Numbered from the stretch's first letter, positions 1 through 7,845 are shown. The stretch: DNA of 64,000 nt from Candidatus Deferrimicrobiaceae bacterium (GCA_963792415.1 CAWBVY010000007.1:1-64000); one strand, 5' to 3'. Made by a program: numbers and translations. The notes: generated from the sequence alone by a model not told the origin.

Positions 1-190
1 GCGCTGCCTGTCTATCCTCCCGTCATTCCAGGGTTTTCAGCCAGTTAGACCCTCCGCCAAGTGGACAGGAGGTGACAGATTAGGACAGGAAGCGACTGGA
101 GGACGCAAACCCGGCGGAAACGAAGCTGACACGGATATGGAGGGGTGGGCGGAGGGGTAACCCGCCATCCCCTATGCAAAATCTTGTTGA

Positions 191-208
191 TACTGTACAG
201 TACGGTAC
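191..208. promoter_or_regulatory. Putative TetR operator (autoregulatory) TACTGTACAGTACGGTAC
   Basis: Contains the perfect palindrome TACTGTACAGTA. The identical 18-mer recurs at 1115-1132. It lies upstream of the tetR gene. Confidence 0.7.
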
Positions 209-314
209 CAAGAATCCTTCATCGGGCAATAGACGGTCTTTTCCGGGGCGCGGCGCCGGCGCCCCCGGCCTAGCGGCGGTGGGACGATCCGCCGCTCCCA
301 CAGGAGAAGCCCCA

Positions 315-944
315 TTGCATCCACGAAAAGACCAGGATGAGTTGACGAACGTCGCCGGGCAGAAGCGGCGCGATGCGATGATTGAGGCGGCCTACTCGCT
401 GTTTATCGAGAAAGGATACGCGTCGGTATCGGTCGACGACATCATAAGGGAATCGAAAGGGTCGAAATCGTCCCTCTACAAGTTTTTCGGGAGCAAGGAA
501 GGGATTCTGAAGGCCGTCATCGAGTCTCTCGCCGATGACATGTTGCGACGGATCAGCATAGAGATCCCCTCCGGCAAGTCTGCCCGGGAGGGGCTCACCC
601 GGATCGGCATGGTGCTCGTCGACCTTGCGCTGTCGGACAACGCCATCAACCAGCATCGGCAGGCCGTTTCCCATGCCAAGGCATTTCCCGATCTCGCGAA
701 ACTGTGGTACGAGTCCGGGCCGAGGAGGACCTTCGAGGGCATTGCCGACTTTCTGAAGAAGGAGGCCGCGCAGGGGCGATTGCGGATCGCCAATCCGCAG
801 CGCGCCGCGTTGCTTTTCGCCGGCATGATCATCTTCCATGACAACATGAGACTGCTGATCTGTCTTCCCCGGTCGAAACGTTCCGAGCTGAAGGAGATAG
901 TATCCGAAGCGGTCGAGGTGTTCCTCGCCGCCTATGGGAGATGA
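315..944 (+). CDS. TetR/AcrR family transcriptional regulator
   Basis: N-terminal HTH 'AAYSLFIEKGYASVSVDDIIRESKGSKSSLYKFFGSKEGIL' and TetR C-terminal 'WYESGP...AVEVFLAAY'. Start set at the in-frame TTG 315 behind AGGAG; ATG 378 is an alternative. Confidence 0.92.
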   Translation: MHPRKDQDELTNVAGQKRRDAMIEAAYSLFIEKGYASVSVDDIIRESKGSKSSLYKFFGSKEGILKAVIESLADDMLRRISIEIPSGKSAREGLTRIGMVLVDLALSDNAINQHRQAVSHAKAFPDLAKLWYESGPRRTFEGIADFLKKEAAQGRLRIANPQRAALLFAGMIIFHDNMRLLICLPRSKRSELKEIVSEAVEVFLAAYGR

Positions 945-1101
945 GCACCGGGACCGCAGGCCAGGTCCTCGAAATCCGGAGCACTGTTCCTTCCGCCGGA
1001 AAAAGATACTCCTCGTTGCCCGTTCGCCTCCCAGATCCCTGACCGTTTTCGCGTAAACCTCGTGGACCCCGTCGCCCTGCCGGCAATCCGGAAAATACCT
1101 C

Positions 1102-1164
1102 TTGACACGATATGTACTGTACAGTACGGTACTGAGTATAATAACTGTACTGTACCGTACAGTA
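1102..1164 (+). promoter_or_regulatory. sigma70-like promoter overlapped by two TetR-type operators
   Basis: TTGACA (1102-1107)-N17-TACGGT (1125-1130). Operator copies at 1115-1132 and the palindrome TACTGTAC-C-GTACAGTA at 1148-1164. Confidence 0.65.
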
Positions 1165-1184
1165 TGAGAGAGGGAGGGCGCGAC

Positions 1185-2039
1185 ATGCGCAAGACGGGAA
1201 TCGTTCTGGTTGGAATTCTGGCCCTGGTCTCGACCGCCCACGCGGGCACGGACGGGCGGTCCGGAGGAACTCCACGGGTAACCGCGACATCGCAGTTGCC
1301 CGGAACCCTCGATGCGTTCTATCCGCCGGTCGCTGATGGGCCCGTCTACCTGTTCAGGATGCTGGGCCTGGAAACGTCCTTTTCCGGAATCATCGTCGAT
1401 CTGATGGAAGATGACCTCGACGGGGCGAGAGGATCCTTCCAGGATTTCCAGGCGCAATACCGGGCAATCGCGGCCATGGTTCCCGAATGGGAAGGGGAGT
1501 ATCCGGAGAGGGAGGTCAGGAACCTTGGCGAGGCGCTGGCAGCCGGGAACAAGGAACGTGCAACGGAGTCGTTCGCCGCGGTGGGCGGAATCTGCCACCG
1601 GTGCCACCTGTCTGCCATGGTCCCCGCGCAGCAGAGATACCACTGGGGGGATTTCGGCTCCATCACCGTCAAGGACCCCCTGAGCGGTGCTTCGACGGGG
1701 TATCCGCAATTCAAGAAATATCTGGCCGCGAACCTGGCCGGTATCACGGTGGACCTGAAACAGGGACAGACCGCGAACGCACGGAAGCAGTTCGACGGGT
1801 TCCGGGCGAGGTTCGAGGCGTTGAGCGGCTCCTGCCTTGGTTGCCACGAGAAAGAGAGCAGGTACTACGTCAACCGTGAAATGCGGGACACGGTGGAAGA
1901 GCTCGGACAGGCGCTCGGGAGCCGGACAATCCCGCCGGACGCGGTGATGGCGCTCGTTCAGAAGATTGGAAGGGAGAGCTGCTCGAAGTGTCACCTGGTG
2001 CATCTCCCCGCCGCGCTTGCCGGGCGTCCCTCCCGGTGA
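1185..2039 (+). CDS. Exported c-type cytochrome with three CxxCH heme-binding motifs
   Basis: ATG 1185 after GGAGG. Signal peptide 'MRKTGIVLVGILALVSTAHA'. Motifs CHRCH, CLGCH and CSKCH. Confidence 0.85.
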   Translation: MRKTGIVLVGILALVSTAHAGTDGRSGGTPRVTATSQLPGTLDAFYPPVADGPVYLFRMLGLETSFSGIIVDLMEDDLDGARGSFQDFQAQYRAIAAMVPEWEGEYPEREVRNLGEALAAGNKERATESFAAVGGICHRCHLSAMVPAQQRYHWGDFGSITVKDPLSGASTGYPQFKKYLAANLAGITVDLKQGQTANARKQFDGFRARFEALSGSCLGCHEKESRYYVNREMRDTVEELGQALGSRTIPPDAVMALVQKIGRESCSKCHLVHLPAALAGRPSR

Positions 2040-2112
2040 GCCTTTCCTGTCCGGAGACGAAGGCACCTCGCAACAGACTTCTTCGGGATCCGTCCCGTGC
2101 GGAGGAAAAGTC

Positions 2113-3120
2113 ATGGAAGTATCAAAGAGTACCGAACAGATTCTGAACCAGATGATCGTAGGCTCCTGGGTGACCCAGGCGATTTACGTCGCGGCGGAAA
2201 TAGGAATCGCCGATTTCCTCGCCGCGGGTCCGCGCACCGCCGACGAACTTGCACGGGATACGGGGACACACGCCCCCTCCCTCTACAGGGTACTACGGGC
2301 GCTGACCAGCATCGGCCTCTTTAACGAGGAGATCGATGGACGGTTCTCGCTGACACCGACGGGAGAATTGCTGGGAAGCGACACGCCCGGCTCCAAGCGT
2401 TCGCTGGCCATAATGTCCGGCTCCGAGTTTTACCGATCGTGGGGTGGGCTCCTGACCTCGGTGAAGACGGGTGACAGCGCGTTCGAGAAGATCTACGGCA
2501 GTCCGTTCTTTCAATACATGAGCATGAACCCGGACCGCTGGCGGATATACGATTCCGCGATGACCGGAATCCACGACAGCGAGACGCTGCCGGTCCTGGA
2601 CGCGTACGACTTCGCGCCTCTCAAGACGATCGTCGATGTCGGCGGCGGAAACGGCCTGGCGTTGGCGGCCATCCTCCGTCGCCACCCGGAGGTACGGGGC
2701 GTCCTGTTCGATCTGCCCTCCGTCGCGAAGCGCGCCGAAGAGGTTCTTGCCGGTTTCGGCCTGTCTGACCGCTGCGGGATCGCAGGCGGGAATTTCTTCG
2801 ATTCCGTCCCTTCATCCTGCGATGCATACCTGCTGCGCCATGTCATCCACGATTGGAAGGATGACGAGGCAATTTCCATTCTCGGGAATTGCAGGGATGC
2901 GATGCAGCCCGGGGGCAGGGTGCTGGTTGTGGAGACCGTGATCCCATCGGGCAATGAGCCGTGCTTCGGGAAGTTGCTCGACCTGATGATGCTGGTGGTC
3001 GGCGGGCGTGAGCGCACCAGGGAGCAGTACGAAAAACTGTTTTCGGCGGCGGGACTCCGGTTGACCGGCATCGTCCCGACCACCCATGAAGTCAGTGTGA
3101 TAGAAGGGATGCGGGCATGA
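2113..3120 (+). CDS. SAM-dependent O-methyltransferase (Methyltransf_2 family with dimerisation domain)
   Basis: 'VDVGGGNG' SAM motif, 'GNFF', 'LLRHVIHDW', 'GGRERT' and N-terminal winged helix 'LYRVLRAL'. ATG 2113 after GGAGG. Confidence 0.93.
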   Translation: MEVSKSTEQILNQMIVGSWVTQAIYVAAEIGIADFLAAGPRTADELARDTGTHAPSLYRVLRALTSIGLFNEEIDGRFSLTPTGELLGSDTPGSKRSLAIMSGSEFYRSWGGLLTSVKTGDSAFEKIYGSPFFQYMSMNPDRWRIYDSAMTGIHDSETLPVLDAYDFAPLKTIVDVGGGNGLALAAILRRHPEVRGVLFDLPSVAKRAEEVLAGFGLSDRCGIAGGNFFDSVPSSCDAYLLRHVIHDWKDDEAISILGNCRDAMQPGGRVLVVETVIPSGNEPCFGKLLDLMMLVVGGRERTREQYEKLFSAAGLRLTGIVPTTHEVSVIEGMRA

Positions 3121-4553
3121 ATAGCGTGAGTTTGGGGATCCCCGTTCAGGTACTTTCTTACGCAGGGAGCCTGCTTCGATGCCTTCCCGGGAAATTTCTT
3201 GGCGGGAGGGTCAGGATATTCGAGCCTCTCCCCCGCGAGTCGGATGATCTGTCTCGTGGGGCTATAAGACTCCGTTTTCCCGCCGATGTGGAAACGGCTT
3301 TTCGACGTTACCATTCCCGCAACTCCATTGTCATTGTTCGAATCGCCATCCTCCTCACCATCATCCTCTTCGGCCTGTTTGCGGTTCTGGACATCCATGC
3401 AGCCCAATTGAGCAAACAGACGATATGGTTTATCCGCTTTGCCTTCGTCATTCCCGCACTCTTTGCTGTCCTGATCTTCAGCTTCCATCCGGCATTTCTC
3501 CGCATCCTCCAACCGATGATGGCTCTGGTTGTCTTCATCACTTCCTCCGGCGTTCTCGCGATGATCAGCGTCGTGTCCCCTGGGGAACTTGGCTCCCAGA
3601 CCTATTACGCCGGGCTGATGCTCATCGTGATTGCCGCCCACGGCCTCTGGCGTTTGAGGTTCGTCAACGCAACCCTTTCGACGTTTCTCGTCCTGGTCGG
3701 TTACGCATATGTCGCCATTATCCGTCAGGATCTCCTTGTATCCGTAGACGGGTATTTGATTTTCCTCAGCAATGGTTTCTTCTTCGTGACGTCCATGATC
3801 CTGGGCATGGCAACAAGTTATTTCCTCGAAGTCTACATCCGGCGGGTCTTCGCCCAGCGCATCCGGCTGGGACAGGATGGAGAAAAGACAAACCGGCTCC
3901 TCCTCAACATGCTTCCCCGGGAGGTTGCAGCCACCCTGAAAGAACGAGAGGGTGTTATCACGGAACATTTCGATCACGCGAGCATACTGTTCGCCGATGT
4001 CGCTGACTTCACGTCCTTGTCAGCCCGCATGAAGCCCCAGAAGGTCGTCGAGTTTTTAAACGGAATCTTCTCCCACTTCGACTATCTCGCTGAGCTGCAC
4101 GATCTTGAGAAGATCAAGACCATCGGAGATTGCTACATGATGGCCGCGGGGGTGCCGCGGAAGTGTGACAATCATGCCCAGGTTCTCACCCACGTTGGAC
4201 TGGCCATGTTGAGATATGTCGAAGAACGCTCGTTCGGCGACCTTGGGCGGATATCTCTGCGCATCGGTATCAATTCCGGGCCGGTGGTGGCTGGAGTTAT
4301 CGGGAGGACAAAATTCGTCTACGACCTCTGGGGCGATACGGTGAACGTGGCGAGCCGGATGGAATGCCACGGGACGAGCGGCAGGTTGCAGATCACAGAA
4401 AGCACGTATGAGCTGATCAAGAACGATTTTATCTGTGAACCAAAGGGATCGATATTGGTTAAGGGCAAAGATGTGATGCCCATCTGGCACGTTCTCGCCG
4501 GGAGGGAATCGTTTCTGTTGGGATTGCGGTCCACCGAAGAAAAATACGCTTGA
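3117..4553 (+). CDS. Membrane-anchored class III adenylate cyclase
   Basis: About 6 hydrophobic segments, then 'SILFADVADFT', 'EKIKTIGDCYM' and 'YDLWGDTVNVASRME'. The Lys/Asp specificity pair indicates ATP. ATGA overlap with the methyltransferase. Confidence 0.93.
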   Translation: MNSVSLGIPVQVLSYAGSLLRCLPGKFLGGRVRIFEPLPRESDDLSRGAIRLRFPADVETAFRRYHSRNSIVIVRIAILLTIILFGLFAVLDIHAAQLSKQTIWFIRFAFVIPALFAVLIFSFHPAFLRILQPMMALVVFITSSGVLAMISVVSPGELGSQTYYAGLMLIVIAAHGLWRLRFVNATLSTFLVLVGYAYVAIIRQDLLVSVDGYLIFLSNGFFFVTSMILGMATSYFLEVYIRRVFAQRIRLGQDGEKTNRLLLNMLPREVAATLKEREGVITEHFDHASILFADVADFTSLSARMKPQKVVEFLNGIFSHFDYLAELHDLEKIKTIGDCYMMAAGVPRKCDNHAQVLTHVGLAMLRYVEERSFGDLGRISLRIGINSGPVVAGVIGRTKFVYDLWGDTVNVASRMECHGTSGRLQITESTYELIKNDFICEPKGSILVKGKDVMPIWHVLAGRESFLLGLRSTEEKYA

Positions 4554-4704
4554 TCCTCTTGTCGAGACGGAGCGAGCTGTCCTTCCGGATAAAGAATATT
4601 TGGATGAAATTGGCCCTAAACGGGATGAGATGTCTGCCGGGCTGCAAACCCCGTGCAAACGACTCGCTTTTTCGGGGTCCGGAAGGGGATTTCAGCGGGC
4701 CCGG

Positions 4705-4733
4705 TTGACGCGGAATTTCCCTTGCAGTATGAT
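4705..4733 (+). promoter_or_regulatory. sigma70 promoter of tRNA-Arg
   Basis: TTGACG-N17-TATGAT ending 16 nt before the tRNA. Confidence 0.75.
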
Positions 4734-4749
4734 GACTTTCCCAACGGAC

Positions 4750-4826
4750 GCGCCCTTAGCTCAGCTGGATAGAGCACTTGACTACGAATCAAGTGGCCAG
4801 AGGTTCGAATCCTCTAGGGCGCGCCA
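4750..4826 (+). tRNA. tRNA-Arg (anticodon ACG)
   Basis: Full cloverleaf: acceptor GCGCCCT/AGGGCGC, D-arm TAGCTCAGCTGGATAGAGC, anticodon arm CTTGA-CTACGAA-TCAAG, T-arm GGTTCGAATCC, encoded CCA. Confidence 0.97.
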
Positions 4827-5078
4827 TTCAAAATCAACCCCTTGGAGCGATTCAACGTCAACGGCCTACTCGGTTTGTTACCGTTTTGTTACCACCCTCA
4901 AGTGGAAACCTCCGGCCTAACCGAGAGGGGGCCTTGGAATGGCGGTCAGGAAGCGGGGGAGCCCTCCGAGGGTTCGTAAGCCGACTACCGAGCCAATGTA
5001 CCGCAGGGGGAAGGAGTTCCAAGGAGAGCAGGGGGGTCGTTGATCCCTTCAGCACGAGGGGAAAAAACATCCTGGGCG

Positions 5079-5258
5079 CTATTTTCGCCCCTTCTTGTCC
5101 AGGTCCTCCAGGTGCTGGGCGAGGATTCTCCTGACTATCCATGAGATCGGTCGATCCTCATCCAGGGACAACTTCGCCAGTCGACTAAACGTCTTTTCCG
5201 AAACGCGCGTGCAGATCGTCGTCGGGTAAATCCGCGGTGGTCCCTTCTTCTTTTCCAT
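5079..5258 (-). CDS. Small ribbon-helix-helix (CopG/Arc-like) DNA-binding protein, 59 aa
   Basis: Manual translation MEKKKGPPRIYPTTICTRVSEKTFSRLAKLSLDEDRPISWIVRRILAQHLEDLDKKGRK. It shows an alternating beta-strand (TICTRV) followed by helix-turn (DRPIS)-helix, typical of RHH. It is below the ORF-track cutoff. Confidence 0.65.
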   Translation of the reverse strand: MEKKKGPPRIYPTTICTRVSEKTFSRLAKLSLDEDRPISWIVRRILAQHLEDLDKKGRK

Positions 5259-5432
5259 TGGTCCCCATTATACCCGAAATAAAGAGTTGACTCCTACTAC
5301 CCCAGGTGTAAATTGTTTTCCAGGTATACCTGGTAAACTGCTCCGCCGAAAAGGAGGCGGCGGGGAAACGCTGTTCGTTGACATGATTTAAAGGAAACGA
5401 GACGACAAGGAAACCAATAGGGAGGACAAAGA

Positions 5433-5573
5433 ATGAGCTGGCGGGTTCGATATATCCCGGACGAAATATTAGCGATCGGCATTACGGCCGCAATCGCGCT
5501 TAGCGCGATCTTCATCATCATAAACATATCGCGCTTAATTGAATGGGTGGCGCGCCTGCCGGGGCTGGATTGA
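5433..5573 (+). CDS. Small single-pass membrane protein, 46 aa
   Basis: GGAGG RBS 7 nt upstream. MSWRVRYIPDEILAIGITAAIALSAIFIIINISRLIEWVARLPGLD has one ~20-aa hydrophobic helix. Confidence 0.5.
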   Translation: MSWRVRYIPDEILAIGITAAIALSAIFIIINISRLIEWVARLPGLD

Positions 5574-5715
5574 TCCCTACCACGGGATAACCGGGGGAAA
5601 ATGGTACAAGATCCCCCTGATCCGGGAAATGGCATAGGGGCCCGCCCCTGTTGTTCCTTCCTGTGACGGGAAGCAGGGTGGGATAAGTGGTAGGGTAAAT
5701 CAGCCAACCAGCAAG

Positions 5716-5746
5716 AAAAAGGGGTTGCGGTGAAGGTCGCAACCCC
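5716..5746 (-). terminator. Rho-independent terminator downstream of the tRNA-Gly 3' fragment
   Basis: Stem GGGGTTGCG/CGCAACCCC followed on the minus strand by TTTTT. Confidence 0.7.
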
Positions 5747-5756
5747 CAGTTTTATT

Positions 5757-5812
5757 TGGAGCGGGCGATGGGATTTGAACCCGCGACATCAACCTTGGCA
5801 AAGTTGCACTCT
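5757..5812 (-). pseudogene. 3' fragment of tRNA-Gly(GCC), att-site-like
   Basis: Minus strand AGAGTGCAACTTTGCCAAGGTTGATGTCGCGGGTTCAAATCCCATCGCCCGCTCCA has the anticodon arm, T-arm and CCA. It has no 5' acceptor strand or D-arm. Confidence 0.8.
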
Positions 5813-5874
5813 GACCCTTCCCCGAAAATCCACGCGCAGGTCGACCTTTGAAGCTATAGATGTGTTCCATTTGG

Positions 5875-5922
5875 CTACGAATCAAGTGGCCAGAGATTCG
5901 AATCCTCCAGGGCGCGCCATTC
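5875..5922 (+). repeat. Duplicated tRNA-Arg 3' half (attR-like)
   Basis: CTACGAATCAAGTGGCCAGAGATTCGAATCCTCCAGGGCGCGCCATTC matches 4782-4829 with 2 substitutions. Confidence 0.9.
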
Positions 5923-6149
5923 CAAAAAGCCGATTCGCAGGCCCACCCTCAAAATCATCGAATCTTGTTGCGGTCCGATTCATCATATTTTTTCCAACAT
6001 CACGGGAATGAGTTATTCCTCCTGCCGTAACTTGACGTGATCGCGGAAGATTACCTTTGGCCGAGTGAGGAAGAGAAAGGGAAGGACACGTTCCTGAAAG
6101 GAGAAAAGAGGATATAAAGAGGTCGTCGATCATCTTCTGTCTGTTAATC

Positions 6150-7625
6150 ATGGTTACCTTTGTCAGTCAGCTCCATGCCGAAACAGCCGCAAAGCCCAAA
6201 TATGCCGCCGACGTACCCGAGTCGGTCAAGACCCCGGACAAGGTCCACATCGACCTGCTTGGTGATCTCGAATTCTTCGATGGGATGCCGAACAAGGCCA
6301 CCGTCAGGAAGGCCTACGACTTCCTCGACTTCTCTCGCGGCGCGGAAGCTTTCCTCAACGGGATTCCCGCCGCTTCCGTTTATGCCGCGCTCGAAGGCTT
6401 GAAGGAAGCCGGAGTCAATCCGGGAGACCTGGGCATTTTCGAAAATCTGATGGACGCCCGCTCGCTTTTCCTGACCGCGAACTCGACCACCATTTATTGC
6501 CTGGCGGAACTGAATGTCAAAGACGGGCCGGTCGTTGCGGAGGTCCCGCCGGGCGTGCTCGGCCCGGTGGATGACGCCTTCTTCCGTTGGGTCACGGACA
6601 TCGGCTTGACCGGTCCGGATCAGGGCAAGGGAGGGAAGTATCTGTTCGTGCACCGCGATTACAAAGGACCCCTCCCGGAGGGGTACTTCGTCGCAAGGAC
6701 GCCCAGCTACCGCAATCTGTTCTTCTTCCGTGCGTTCGTCAAAGACGGCGATCTCGCGGGAACGTCCAACGCGCTGAAAGCAAAGTTCCACCTGTATCCG
6801 CTGGCGCAGGCGGCGAATCCGCCCAAGCAGCGCTTCGTGAACGTGTCCGGCAAGCGGTTCAACACCATTCATGCGAACAACTTCAAGTTCTTCGAAGAGA
6901 TCAACGCCGTGATCCAGTACGAGCCCGCCGATTCCTTCGACCCGGAACTGGTCGGAATCTTCGCGTCGATCGGCATCAAGAAAGGCCAGCCCTTCCATCC
7001 CGACGCCCGGATGAAAAAAATCCTGACCGAGGCGGTGGCCGTCGGGAACGCCACGGCAAGGGCCCTCACCTTCGCGCCGCGCAAGGCAAGCGTGTATTAT
7101 TACCCGGATCGCAAATGGACCTCGCCTTTCGCCGGCGGGAGCTACGCATTCCTGGACAACGGGGAGCGCGTCCTCGATGACCGCATCTTCTTCCACTACC
7201 TTGCGACAGGCATCACGCCGGCAATGGCCGCGCCGAAGGTGGGCAGCGGCTCCGCTTACGGGTTCACCGCGCAGGACGCGAACGGCGACTACCTTGACGG
7301 CGGCAAGACGTACAAGGTCACGCTGCCCGGTCCGGTCCCGGCGAACAATTTCTGGTCGTTCATGGTCTATTCCGGCCAACACCGATCCATGCTGGAAACC
7401 GATCAGAAGCTGGCCGATCTCGACAGCAACAATCCTTCCGTGAAGGCAAACGCCGACGGTTCCTACACCATGTGGTTCGGGCCGAAAGCGCCCCAAGGCC
7501 ACGAGGGGAACTGGATCCAGACCATGCCCGGCAAGAGCTTCAACTGCCTGTTGCGGCTCTACGGTCCGCTGCAACCGTGGTTCGACAAGACCTGGAAGCC
7601 GGGTGATTTCGAACTTGTGAAATAG
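6150..7625 (+). CDS. DUF1254/DUF1214 domain-containing exported protein
   Basis: Family motifs 'TANSTTIY', 'GLTGPDQGKGGKYL', 'LDGGKTYKVTLP', 'NNFWS' and 'LRLYGP...W'. The signal peptide appears to begin at ATA 6114. Confidence 0.88.
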   Translation: MVTFVSQLHAETAAKPKYAADVPESVKTPDKVHIDLLGDLEFFDGMPNKATVRKAYDFLDFSRGAEAFLNGIPAASVYAALEGLKEAGVNPGDLGIFENLMDARSLFLTANSTTIYCLAELNVKDGPVVAEVPPGVLGPVDDAFFRWVTDIGLTGPDQGKGGKYLFVHRDYKGPLPEGYFVARTPSYRNLFFFRAFVKDGDLAGTSNALKAKFHLYPLAQAANPPKQRFVNVSGKRFNTIHANNFKFFEEINAVIQYEPADSFDPELVGIFASIGIKKGQPFHPDARMKKILTEAVAVGNATARALTFAPRKASVYYYPDRKWTSPFAGGSYAFLDNGERVLDDRIFFHYLATGITPAMAAPKVGSGSAYGFTAQDANGDYLDGGKTYKVTLPGPVPANNFWSFMVYSGQHRSMLETDQKLADLDSNNPSVKANADGSYTMWFGPKAPQGHEGNWIQTMPGKSFNCLLRLYGPLQPWFDKTWKPGDFELVK

Positions 7626-7820
7626 ATTTCGCGAGCAAGGGGTTACGGCACGTGGACCGCCAGATCAGGATGATGACGACCGCACCCGTCATGATGCGGG
7701 GTCGGTTTTTCGGACGGCCGTTGATCGGCCTGCGCGCGGAGTTCCAACATGATATCAGGTTCACAGGATGGGGGAAAAAAGGACGAGGCGCGGGGGGGGG
7801 TGTAAGCGTCCGAAAAGGAA

Positions 7821-7845
7821 AAGCCCGGCGCGGATTGCCGGGCTT
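7821..7845 (-). terminator. GC-rich hairpin, probable terminator
   Basis: AAGCCCGGC/GCCGGGCTT stem followed on the minus strand by TTCCTTTT. Confidence 0.55.

Larger units (their letters stand above)
4782..5922. mobile_element. Decayed integrative element remnant at tRNA-Arg (attL/attR-like direct repeat)
   Basis: The tRNA 3' half (4782-4829) is repeated at 5875-5922 with 2 mismatches. The interval is visibly more AT-rich than the flanks and has no intact integrase. Confidence 0.7.

Noticed and set aside
141-173. GC-rich hairpin with an alternative pairing to 50-58, possible riboswitch or ncRNA
   Set aside because: No recognisable aptamer motifs. It may simply be a terminator-like hairpin.
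1062-1184. N-terminal extension of the cytochrome ORF in the ORF track
   Set aside because: It spans the promoter/operator region. The RBS and signal peptide support ATG 1185.
5378-5391. TTGAC-ATGA-TTTAA as an FNR/CRP-like box or -35 element
   Set aside because: Only a partial match and no properly spaced -10, so too weak to call.
5757-5830. Possible functional tRNA-Gly
   Set aside because: No 5' acceptor strand or D-arm upstream of the anticodon arm, so it is treated as an att-like fragment.
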